From the NCBI RefSeq assembly GCF_009914755.1, contig NC_060929.1: a stretch of 64,000 bases of DNA, one strand, 5' to 3'. This document shows positions 48,681 through 64,000 of the stretch, piece after piece. Position 1 is the first letter of the stretch; every line of letters starts with the position of its first letter. The position numbers and the translations under genes are program-made. The notes beneath the pieces are model-generated. The model did not search any database and was not told the origin of the DNA. It was given only the letters and a program-made list of their open reading frames with translations. This DNA comes from the human T2T-CHM13v2.0 reference genome, Homo sapiens.

Positions 48681-49670
48681 TTAATTGCAAATTAATCAAT
48701 AGCACATTGGTTAAAATAACTGTGTGTGCCATGACTTGATTAAAATTCAGTTGGTTCAAAAAACAACTTGCTTGTTGAATGAAAAATTCAAAAACCATAT
48801 TTTGTTTCAGGTGATAGTCTTGATTTGAAGAAATTATATAGCTTGAAATGTATTTAGAATGTATTGACTTAAAACTTGCTTCTTATATTGTCTACCACAT
48901 TTGCTTATTTAGGGGAAAATTAAAAAGATTTAAAAGGTCTAAGGATAAAAATACTTCCTGTTATTGGTATTCTAGCAAGTTTCCACTGATTGCTCACATG
49001 GTTATTTGGACTTACAAAGACCAGTGCTGCATCATGTTGAACCTGAATTCTGAGTTATATCATGAAGGTAATTAGGTTTAGAAAATTGAATAAACTGCCA
49101 TATGCAAATATTATGATGTTTTTAAATATCTGAAATTTGATATTTATAATTTCATGACAACTATTCATTCAATTTTTAAACATTTAACTTCTTGTTTATA
49201 AAATGTCATGTTTCTAGTTAGGGAACTCTTAGGATTTCCCTTTTCTGTGCTTTAGGAGGCATTTATAGAATGGCCTTTGTAATCTGTTTCCTGTCATTAA
49301 AGTGTTAGTTGACCATTTCTTGGATGGAGTTTATTATGGAAAGCAGCCTTTGAAATAGGACAGTTTTTGTCTTCTTTCTGAATCTCGTCTTCACAAAATA
49401 GTGTTACTCTGTTTTGAAGGAAATTCACAGATACCTGTGCATATTGAATTCAACTACAGGTATATAAAAATACTCTTTCTAAAGCCAAGTGAATTATTTT
49501 TAATTTTTCTACCTTTTTAGATGTAGTTAAGTGCATACAAATTGTGCATCTTTCACTCTGGATGTCGGCTATGTGGTATTGATAATTTTTCATGTCCTGA
49601 GTCTTCTCTGTCCAAACAGTGCATCAACTGCTGGTTCACAAATTGGTGGCCCAAGACCCAATGCAGCTTA

Positions 49671-51800
<2,130 letters not shown>

Positions 51801-52723
51801 GCAGGCAGGAAGAAAGAAAAAACACCCCACCCCAAAAACTTTAACTAGAAAGAAAAAAACTGCTGTTAATGGTTTGACAAACTAAACCTTTTTTGGCAAG
51901 TTTGGCAAATTATCGAACCTTTCTACCTGTACTAGAAAATCTAGAAAGGTTAGATAATTTGTGCAAGGTCACACAACTAGCTGAAGACTGAGTTCAATCA
52001 CTGTACCGTTTTTGTTCAGTAAAGCACTGTGAATGTATTTGCTATCAGCAAGCCAGTGAAAATTGTGTTTTCATCAGTGATCAGTGTAAAAGTAGCCATG
52101 GAAGACAGATTTGGACCTGTGGAAACATTAACTTTGCCTCAGTTTATAGAGCCTCTCTGGATTCAAGAGCAGTTGAAAGGAAGCAAAATTTGATGTCGAT
52201 AATGTGCCATTTTGACAAGAGAAAACATGGAAGAAAGTTTGCAGATAGGTGTTCTTCAAGATTATGTCTAATGGAATATGCTGCTTTCTGTCTTTGAAAT
52301 ACTTCTTCATTTCTGCCCATCCAGAACTTACATGAATCTTTCTTGACTTCCTAAACCTGTTAACAAGAGTCTTTCATTCTTAGTACTATAGTACCTTTAT
52401 GTATTAATATTTTTGAACTGCCAAATATCTGAGACCATAAAAATGAGTAAAGTGTGGATTCTGTATTGAGGGGAGCTCTTATTTTTATGTACCATTTATT
52501 TACCTGTTATTTAGAAGTTTGAACTGGTTTTTATTTTTTAAATACAGTCTCTAATAAGAAAAGCTTCAGTGTGGGAGAATGCTTCACGGTGATTATTATG
52601 TACTTCTTATACCTGTTACATACCATAAATGCAACTTCCTCTTTAGGGATCCAAGTTTAGGAAATAGTAGAATATGAACATGTGCAAATTTAACTGTAAT
52701 ACTGTATAACTTTTTGGTCATAG

Positions 52724-52834
52724 GTTGTCCCAGTTTTGGTGCATCTCCTGTCTGCTATCAGCAGTGTTAGGCTTTACATTCCTAAAGACCTTCGGCCGGT
52801 GGACAATAGACAGAGTGTTTTAAAATCAATACAG
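52724..52834 (+). CDS. MTREX: MTREX exon (VVPVLVHLLSAISSVRLYIPKDLR...KSIQ), KOW domain, 111 nt
   Basis: catag|GTT, CAG|gtatgt. Confidence 0.96.
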
Positions 52835-53251
52835 GTATGTGTTAATTTCATAAATTAAGTATAAATTTTATGTAAATACAGATAGTGTTTATAAAGAGGC
52901 AACTGAAATGCTTTTAAATATATTGCTTTCTTTCAGAATACCTATAAATACTACCAATAGTGGCAATTATTTTTCATAAAAATAAAGGCAGCAGATCTTC
53001 ATGTGGATTTATACTCTCTTTGAATCTACCAACAAAGTGAGTTAGTAAAGGAGGACTCACAAGGAAAACCATTCTGCTTTATTCATTATGAGTGAAAGCT
53101 ATAGACTTTATTACAAGTTTTATGTATAAAATCATGTACTGACAGGACATTTAACCATTTTTTAATATAGTTAATAAATACATGAAATTGTTTTATTTTC
53201 AATAGGGAAAATTGAGATTTTGTAGTAAATTTAATTTCCTAGTAGAAAAAA

Positions 53252-53570
53252 GGTGCAGTGGTTCATGCCTGTAATCCCAGCTCTCTGGGATGCCACAGCA
53301 CAAAGGATCACCAGAGGCCAGGAATTTGAAACCAGCCTGGGCAACATAGTGAGACCCCCATCTCTACAAAAAATGTAAAACTAATTTAAAAAGAAATTAG
53401 TAGGACTCAGTGGTATGCATCTATAATCCCAGTTACTCAGGAGGCCAAGGCAGGAGGTTCACTTGATCCCAGGAGTTCCAGGCTCTACAGTAAGCTGTGA
53501 TCACATCACTGCACTCTAGCATGTGCAACAGAGTGAGACCTTGTCTCTTTTAAGAAAAAAAAAAAAACAC
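53252..53570 (+). mobile_element. Alu (AluJ-like)
   Basis: diverged Alu dimer. Confidence 0.9.
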
Positions 53571-54741
53571 AAGGAAGTGATTTTAACGAAGTTATTTAGT
53601 TAATAGTTTGAAGAGCATTTACTGTGCAGTGAAGGCTCTGTACTAAAATCTGAGAAAGCAAAGATAAGTAGGATGCTTTCAGAGTAGAGTAGGAATTTTT
53701 AAGCTGTGTTCCAATGGTGGGCTTCCTGAAATGAGTGATTCTCTGACAGTTTTACAAAATTTTTATGTAGATGTGGATATCTTTTCCAAAACAATCACTC
53801 CTAGAAGGTTTTTATCACTATTGGTCTGGTAGTAAATAAATATCTTATAAGTTCATTGAAATTGTTTTTTCTGATATTTTCAGAATAGCACAGTTTTGAG
53901 CAGAAATACACATTAATCATTATTAACTTAGCATTAAGTAATGCCATTATTTTGAAAAAACTAATTGTTTTGTACTTCTGGGTTAGGTCAGTTGTCATTT
54001 TGCTAAAGTGAAAATTGAAATTAATTTTTCTTTGTCTATTGGCAAATGTCAGGCTTGTCTGTATTTGTCTTAAACATCCCTGTGCTGTATCTGGTGTTGA
54101 TATATTTCAGCTTTCACATTAATTTCATGATAATCTGAGTCTCAGTTTTGCAACATGTTTTAAACAAAGTTAGACTATTTTTTTCTTGGTTCTTCATAGT
54201 CGTTTACATCATTCACCACATAGTGAGAAGCCACAGGAGGAAGAATTGGGGAAATTAGCCTGCCAACAGGACCCTTCACATAATAAATAAAGATTTCCCT
54301 TTAGCTACATTAATTATACTTTTTAAACTTCAGAACCGCAATTTTAGTGTTTTCTCTGTTCTGGAACCTCACACCAGTGACTCAGTTTCTTTATATATAA
54401 AACTTGGCCAGGCTCGTGTAGGATTTTTGTGCTGACACTAGCCTGCTTTGATTAGGGCAGACATGTATCCTGAAACTGTACCATATGCACTTACCAGAGA
54501 TATCAGTCTTTTGAAAGAGCTTGCCTTATTTGCTCATTTAGGACATAATGTGCAAATGTCTTTGAACCCTTTACATTTGTTTGTCACTCTTAATGTGTTT
54601 CTCCTCCCCAATTCCCAGTTCCTAACTAGCCAAATCCTACCTTATCTTTAAGGCTTATCCAAGACCCTGAAAGTTTCTCAGTAGGATACCAGCCTACAGT
54701 GAGCTGTTTCTTCTCTGTATGAATATGTCTATTGCATTTAA

Positions 54742-55090
<349 letters not shown>

Positions 55091-55536
55091 CTCAGGACTT
55101 TTTAAAAAGTCTATACTTTACAAGTCAGTAGTGCCCTCCCTAGGCATCAACACCAAGGAAATAATCTGAAAACAGTTTAAACATAGATGCTCAATACAAG
55201 ATTACTTTTGATGGCAAGAAGTTACAACAATGTAAATATACAATAATGAATTTAGCAATAAGTTGTGCCACGTTCAGGACTATGATCAAATTGTGACTTG
55301 TAGATTTATTAACAAATCATAATACATCTGTAAATCATAGTATAGCGTTGAAAAGGAGTTTTCAAAAATAAATGCAATGGAAAAATGCCCTATAATTTAA
55401 ATTGGCAAAAGACAAAATTATATATGTAGTATACTTTTTATGTCCATGTGCATAGAAAAAAAGGGAAACACTGATTTGGTTTGGTCTTACTAATTTTGAC
55501 TATAAGATGAAAATGAATTTTACATATTTTTTTCAG

Positions 55537-55725
55537 GAAGTTCAGAAACGTTTTCCTGACGGCATCCCCTTATTAGACCCTATTGATGATATGGGCATTC
55601 AAGATCAAGGGCTGAAAAAAGTCATTCAGAAAGTAGAAGCTTTTGAGCATCGAATGTATTCTCATCCACTTCACAATGATCCAAATTTGGAAACTGTGTA
55701 TACGCTTTGTGAAAAAAAAGCACAG
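55537..55725 (+). CDS. MTREX: MTREX exon (EVQKRFPDGIPLLDPIDDM...EKKAQ), arch, 189 nt
   Basis: ttcag|GAA, CAG|gtatgg; core of ORF 55507..55899. Confidence 0.97.
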
Positions 55726-55949
55726 GTATGGCAGAAATTTGGTTTTTATAGTAGAATTCTATATGTTTCACTGAATAAATATGTGTTTGTCATTTTCTTA
55801 TCCTGTTGGTTTAATTGGCTAAAACAGGAAAATGTGAGCTATCTTTTAAATAAACTGTCAGCTCTGAACCTGTCAGCTCTCATCAGCAAGACAAGATAAA
55901 GTTCATTTTGCTATAGTTTGATATTTCACATAGGATGTTCTGTTTTTTC

Positions 55950-57000
<1,051 letters not shown>

Positions 57001-58122
57001 ATGTTAGTAGTTCAGCTTTTTAGCATAATTAGCTGTAATATCTAACCAGTAAAACCATTATTATAAGCATTCTGTATAGCAAATTTAGAAAAAGCTTTTT
57101 GACGTGAACACAATCCTTTCCACTACCTACTTTTTTTCAACTGGAATGTATTATACTATACAAATCTCCTTTCCTCCATGAAACTTACAACTCCTTGCTG
57201 TTGTACTTTTTCAACTTTTATCACATACCACTTTTATCAATACATTTGTCTTTGTGTCTCACAAACTAGATTTTAAGCTCCTTAGAGTCAGATGTTTCAT
57301 TTTAACTTTACATTTTCTCATAATGGTCTGTCTTTATAAAGTAAATGCCCAGTGTTTGTTGGATAAATACATGAGTAGAAACTCCTTTAATAGAGTAATG
57401 TGTTCAGTTCATAGTTTTAAAGCACTCTCCCTTCTAGCTTTTTGTGAACTTACATCATATGGTGCTGTAGCATATACACAATACTGGCTGCATGCTCAGT
57501 GAACACATCTATGCTCTGACCCACCTTCAAGTGCTGCTAGGCAGGAAGCTTGCCAGGTACTTCTCAAGATGAGGAAACTGGGACACAACAAACTTTCATT
57601 ACTTACACAGATATCCAGTTGTGATTCTCACCTGTTCATCTCTTAACCAGGACCATTGCAGCAGCTCTCTCCCTGCTGTCAGTCCCTCCATGGCCACCAG
57701 GGTCGGCCTTATGTTTTCACAACACAAGAACAGGTAGACTTGAGCATGATTGAATGATTGGAAAGCATCCTTGGAGGTGGTTTGAAGGCATTATCTGAGC
57801 TGCTCAAATATACTGAAAAAGACCTTGTCTGGCTGAAGGGACTGGCTAAATAAAGTTGTTATGGAGACTCTGCAATAACATGTAAGAAAGCTCATGCATA
57901 AGCATAACATGAAAAAAGGATCTGAAATTGAAGTGGACTATGATTACTATTTAGCAAAAATATAAAATACACCAGAAAAGACTGAAAGGAAAACTATAAG
58001 TGGTTGTGTTACAGCAATAAGATTATAGTGGTCTTTTTTTTTTCTTTTCCTGCCCCCTCCCCATCATTGTCTATAATGTGCTTATATGTATATAAGCACA
58101 TGATATATAAATATAAGCACAT

Positions 58123-58126
58123 TATA

Positions 58127-58159
<33 letters not shown>

Positions 58160-58160
58160 A

Positions 58161-58193
<33 letters not shown>
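58123..58193. repeat. Compound (TG)n/(TA)n microsatellite
   Basis: visible dinucleotide runs. Confidence 0.95.
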
Positions 58194-58197
<4 letters not shown>

Positions 58198-58225
58198 TCT
58201 TTTTTTTTTAATGGAAGAAAAATAC

Positions 58226-58540
58226 AGCCTGGGCACAGTGGCTTACTCCTGTAATCCCAACACTTTGGGAGGCCAAGGCGGGAAGATCACTTGAAGCCCA
58301 GAAGTTTGAGACCACCCTGGACAAGATGATGAGACCCCCATCACTGCAAAAAAATTTTAAAAATTAGCCAGGCATGGTAGCATGCACCTGTCATCCCAGG
58401 TACTCAGGAGGCTGAGGTAGGAAGGTCACTTAAGCCAAGGAGGTTGAGGCTACAGTGAGCCATGGTTGCACGACTGTACTCCAGCCTGGGTGACAGAGTG
58501 AGACCCTATCTCTTTAAAAAAAAACAAAAACAAAAAAAAA
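58226..58540 (+). mobile_element. Alu (AluJ-like)
   Basis: Alu dimer with (CAAAAA)n tail. Confidence 0.92.
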
Positions 58541-58544
58541 GTGT

Positions 58545-58642
58545 ACATGTGCAGTCCAGACATTTTTTTTCCCAATATTTTTGATCCACAGTTGGTTCAA
58601 TCCATGGATGTGGAACCCACGGATATGTAGGGCCAACTGTAT
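58545..58642. mobile_element. MER2/Tigger terminal fragment
   Basis: gttggttcaatccatggatgtggaacccacggatatgtagggccaactgta. Confidence 0.7.
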
Positions 58643-59087
58643 ATCTGTGTTCTTTTATAAATATGTTGGGAAAGATCTTGTACAGCATTGTCTGGTGTCA
58701 GCCACATTTAAATTTTTTAGTAGCCACATTTTAAAAAAGAAAGAAAAAACCAGTGGCATTAACTTCAGTAATATTTTTATTTAACCCATTATATCTAAAA
58801 TATTTCACGTATTTTTATATTCAAAATACAAACATTACTCAAGAAAAAATGTCTTAAATATTGGACTCTCTTCTACCTTCTAAGCTTTATAAGCCTCACA
58901 GTTATTAGCACGATGCTTTGCTCTGCTCACATAGGCATCCTCAGTCACTTCAGTCAAAGAAACCCTAAAAAACAATGGTTTGTTCCTTTTACTCTGGTAG
59001 GCCTGATAAGTCATGCTAGGTAGCATAGCATTCATTGTCTAGCTTGGAAAGCATTGCTTCCTATGACATGGCATTGTGACTACACAT

Positions 59088-59270
59088 CTGTTCATAGAAA
59101 TATAAATAATCACTAAGAGCTTGCATCTAGGGTCTGATACCCTGGGTTTGAACCCCATCTTTATCACTCAGTAGCCCTGTTCACAGCAATATAAATAATT
59201 GAAAAGAGCTTGGATTCTAGGGTCTGCTAGCCTGGCTTTGAACTCCATCTTTATCACTCAGTAGCTCTGT
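59088..59270. repeat. Two-copy ~89-bp tandem duplication at the start of a MIR (MIR continues to about 59430)
   Basis: ctgttca.ag.aatataaataat...ccatctttatcactcagtagc repeated at 59088 and 59177. Confidence 0.9.
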
Positions 59271-60108
59271 ATTCTTGACCAATTTACTTAGTAATCTCTC
59301 CGTGCCTCAGTTTTCTCATCTGTAAAATGCAGATTTAATATTAGTTCCCTACCTTTTAGGATTGCTATAAGAATGAAATAATGTAAAGCACTAGAAATAG
59401 AGGACATTGGTAGTCTCTGAATAAATATCAGTTGCTGATCACCTTCATAATTTTTCCTCCTTAGTAGAAGTTTAATAAACAGTCTAAAAAATTCCATTAT
59501 CTTCGGATTTCAACTTATCAAAACTTTTCTGTCGGTGTTTTTCTGAACCACCACTTCAGGATACCATTGTTTTTTGTTCTTGTACTACTGTATGCTTGTC
59601 ATAGTCAGAAAATATGTAATATTTACTGATTAACTAAATTTTAAAACTTATCTACTCTAAAGGATGACATCAAGGTGATACATTTTCATTTTAAGGTTTC
59701 ATTTATGTTTTGAATAAAGGCCTATTCTCTTTGCTAAAACCATTTCCAGCCTAGGCAAATTCGTGATTTAACTTAAGGGCAAAGAGAAGGAATAGTTTTC
59801 AGGACATCATGGGGGAAATATAGATAGTCAAGAGAAAAGATTTCTGTACCCTCATTTTTCTTTCCCTGTTCTCTAAGCTACCCCCTGATGCCCTAAGGAT
59901 GAAAAGCTAGAGCTGCTGGGATTGGTACTTTTGGACCGTGATTAATTGTCTAGTGAATCCTGTCTTGGGAGAGCCTATCCTAAATTCACCACTGACTTTT
60001 TCTACTCTTACAGCCTACCTTGTCTAGCTCACAATATCCAGCTCACTCTCCTCCTTCTAGCCTTCCTCCTTACCTCTCTCCATTTAAGCAAGAGCTGTGC
60101 TCTGTTCT

Positions 60109-60407
<299 letters not shown>

Positions 60408-60735
60408 TCTGTTCTCTGTCTCAAGCTTTTTACACTTTCTAACATCTGCTTGCTCTGCCTCAAATTTTTCAAATGGACATTTTGTATTTTCCATGTACTT
60501 AATATTTTAGGTAGTATTTAATAACTTTACAGATACATCATTACTCTTGTATAATGTTCCGGGAATGTATCTAAGAAGCTCCAGTTTCCCCAGTCTCCCC
60601 AGCACTGAAGCTTTAACCCAGAAGTATACTGTAAGATGTTCTTTAAAAATATTTTTTGTTTGATTTCATGAATAAATCTCCTTGTACATTGTTCACTTTA
60701 TTATTGAACTTTCTTTATACTTTCATGTGCTTTAG

Positions 60736-60899
60736 ATTGCAATAGATATTAAATCTGCAAAGCGAGAACTGAAGAAAGCAAGAACAGTCCTACAAATGGA
60801 TGAACTCAAATGTCGCAAACGTGTTTTAAGAAGGTTGGGATTTGCTACTTCTTCTGATGTAATAGAGATGAAAGGACGAGTGGCTTGTGAGATAAGCAG
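60736..60899 (+). CDS. MTREX: MTREX exon ([14 protein letters not shown]...KGRVACEIS), end of arch, phase 0-2, 164 nt
   Basis: tttag|ATT, CAG|gtaaaa; [10 protein letters not shown] and KGRVACEI motifs. Confidence 0.96.
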
Positions 60900-60928
60900 G
60901 TAAAATCTGGTTATTGTTCTAGAAAGTT

Positions 60929-61050
60929 CATTTTTTTTTTCATTTTTAATTTTAATTTTTGTTTATTTTTTTTGAGATGGAGTCTCACTGTTGCCCAGGC
61001 TGGAGTGCACTGGCGCAATCTCAGCTCACTGCAACTCCGCCTCGCAGTTT
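60929..61050 (-). mobile_element. 5'-truncated Alu just downstream of exon 60736-60899
   Basis: T-rich tail plus right-arm end only. Confidence 0.85.
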
Positions 61051-61439
61051 TAAGTTATTTTAAAAATAACCATTATCTTTAGGAAAAAAGAGCTTTCTTA
61101 AAAATATAAAGTTTGTACAATATCTTCCACACTAAATACAGTTTTGAACCATGAAATTGAGAAATTAGAAAAATCTTAGATCTCAGTAATTAACACAAGC
61201 GCTCCTAGCATTTGTATGTATTTCCTTTGACTTTTTTTAATGCCTTGTGGGATTTTTACATAATCTTAGCTTATATATAATTTTGTATACTTTTTAAAAA
61301 TTATTAACATTTTCCCACCTTGAAACTTAGCCTAGTAACCATTATCTTGTTACGTGCATAGCAAATTGTAATGAGATTTTGGGCTAATAATAGGATTTTA
61401 CAACAGAACTTATTATAAGCCACAGATTAAAACTGGTTA

Positions 61440-62190
61440 TATTATTTTCTGTTTCAGTAATCTTTTGTCACAAATGACCTCAAAACTAAATTATTTACAA
61501 CATCAACAGTGACTTTATCCTCTTATTGTTTTTATGGGTCAGAAATTCAGGAAGAGCTCATTTGGATGGTTCTGGCTCTGTCCCCCAGGATTGCCGTCAG
61601 ACAGGTGGTTAAGCTGAAACAGTAGGAGTCCGGAGCGGCTGGGGAATGTTAGGACCTCTCTCTCTCTGTTAGAGCTTCTCCATGTGGTCTCTCCATGTGG
61701 GCTGGTTTGGGCTTCTTCACAGTATGGCAGCAGCCTCAGGATGCTTACATGGTAGCTGAAGGCTCCAGTGTGAGTCTTCTAGCTGGCTAAGGTTGCCTTT
61801 TCTGACCTAGCTTTACCTTTTGTAACCTAGCTTTGTTATCATACACCATCATTTCCACCACATTCTCTTGATTACAGGTGAGTCATAAACCCTCCTGGAT
61901 TCAAGTGGGGGATAATTAGATTCCAACTCTTGATGGGGAAGTGGCTATTGTTCAGTATGGCTTTCTGTGATAATTGGATTGTTCTGTGTCTACACTGTTC
62001 AGTATAGTAGCCACTATTTAGCATTTGATGTGTGCTTAGACGAAGGAACTGAATTTTATAATTTATATCATTTTAATTGAAATTGAAATTTCCACGTATG
62101 CACATGGCAGTCTTTATAGATCAGTGCAATTCTAGAAGAACGTGGTATAGGAGATGCTGTTGTGGCCATCTTTAGAAAATACAATTTATG
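61440..62190 (-). mobile_element. MLT1-type MaLR LTR with a nested MER3/MER33-like element (about 61955-62135)
   Basis: atgggtcagaaattcagg...tggatggttctggctc...ccaactcttgatgggga motifs. Confidence 0.55.
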
Positions 62191-63008
62191 ATACTGTTCT
62201 AAAAAATGTGTTCGTTATTTCCCACCACGAGGAATGTCTCCTGCCTTAGGAGCCAGCTTGCCTCTGTCCTCCTTAACTGGAAAGTCATAAACTGGTAGCT
62301 CAAGCAATATCCAGTCTGAAGATATATCTTGTTTTGTCCATATAGTGATGATCATCATTCTCAGTGAATATATAAAAGACACTTTTGAAACAGTTTTTTA
62401 TGTACTCAGCATGGCCAGGATGGACAGGACTAGAGAATTACAGGCCTTGTAAATGATTTCAGACTTTCTTGGTAAAAATGTAATTATATCGTTCATCTGT
62501 CCAGATGTTACAGACTCAGATGTCTTCATAGAACCAGGAGACTGTGGTGAACAGGACAACTCTTAGCCACCAAAAGGGGGCAGTGACTACCCAGCCCTAG
62601 TTAGTTGTTATCACAGGATAATGTGCTATTGGATTTTAATTAATAACATATCCAGGATTAAATCTAAACTGCAGTACTGGTCTACTGATTTATATGCTAA
62701 TGTTATTGGGATTATTTCCTTCTAATAATTACCTGTTTTACAATTAATATAGAAATTAATTTCCTTTAGATATCTACAACTAGATTTTGTGTTGAAAGAA
62801 TGGAAATTGATTTTATTCCAAGATACATTTTTCATTTATAGTAATAACAATATTATATCAAAGTTTGTTAACTTTCCCCCAAATTTGCAAAAACTGGGGC
62901 ATCATCCTAGACTCCTTCTCTCACCCATTTTGCCTTTTTAAACATTGCCACTGGCTAATGTGTATCCCTCATTATTTTTGGCCTCAATTACTGCAGTTGC
63001 CCTCCTGA

Positions 63009-63372
<364 letters not shown>

Positions 63373-64000
63373 CCCCTTTGTGCCATTCTATTTGGTAAAA
63401 GTCCCTCAGTGATTCCTTATTGCTTTTAGAATAGATTCCATAATTTAGTATATTGTTACTCTCCCTCTCCAGCAGTCTGTTGCCACACCCCACACATGCT
63501 TTTCCTTTTGCTTCATATGACCTTTCACCCCCACCCCATATCCTGCGATTCTTGCATATTTTTGCAAAGAACTTCGAAACTTGCTCTGAACTTCTTCAAT
63601 CTGGTTTTAGGCTCCTCACCTTTTTTTCCTCATAACACTTGTATAAATCAATTATTAGAGCACTCTGTTAAACCACTGTTCTGTGATTATCACCTTACTT
63701 GTCTGCCCCCAATGTTAGACTGTAGCTTCTTGAAATAGTCTTTCCTCGTTTGTATTGTTGCACTCTTTGCTTGACTTAACTCTTAAGCTTAACACTAGAG
63801 ACCCAAATTTAGTTTTTGACTTTTATTTATAAATATTTTAACTGTCAGTAAAGATTATAATAGTTCATGGCTTTATTCTTTTTTAAAGACTTTGCAAAAA
63901 ATAAAGGCAAAGTTTACTTTTTTAATAATACAGTACAGTTATTGTATGGGTCAATTGAACCCTGATTATAGAAGTCTAGAAACATCATCTTTGTAGTGTT

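Noticed and set aside
55507-55899. ORF-track extents of MTREX-like ORFs (also 2299, 6248, 13870, 33679)
   Set aside because: They read through splice sites into introns; true exon limits are given in features.

Overview
Primate (very probably human) genomic DNA covering the middle of MTREX (SKIV2L2/MTR4), the nuclear exosome Ski2-like RNA helicase, on the + strand. There are 13 internal GT-AG coding exons (1640 nt, about aa 336-882: RecA2 motifs IV-VI, winged helix, arch/KOW) that splice into one continuous frame. The introns hold about 30 Alus, old L1/L2/MIR fragments, MaLR/ERV LTRs, hAT and Tigger DNA transposons, a nearly full-length dead processed pseudogene of the kinase PSKH1 (- strand), and a sense-oriented two-LTR MER21-type element interrupted by an antisense HERV-K(HML-8) env + MER11 LTR fragment. 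Almost all ORF-track entries are Alu/L1/LTR artefacts or exon read-throughs. I cannot claim a new biological system. The most unusual signals are: (1) massive sense-strand C-to-T hypermutation in the 5' LTR of the MER21 element relative to its 3' LTR, (2) a recursive-splice-like KOW exon, (3) a strong stop-introducing decoy acceptor before a weak real acceptor, (4) sense LTR poly(A) signals inside the gene for the factor that degrades prematurely terminated RNAs, and (5) a tailless Alu with a perfect 16-bp TSD. Repeat subfamily names and residue numbers are recalled from memory, not from a database search.
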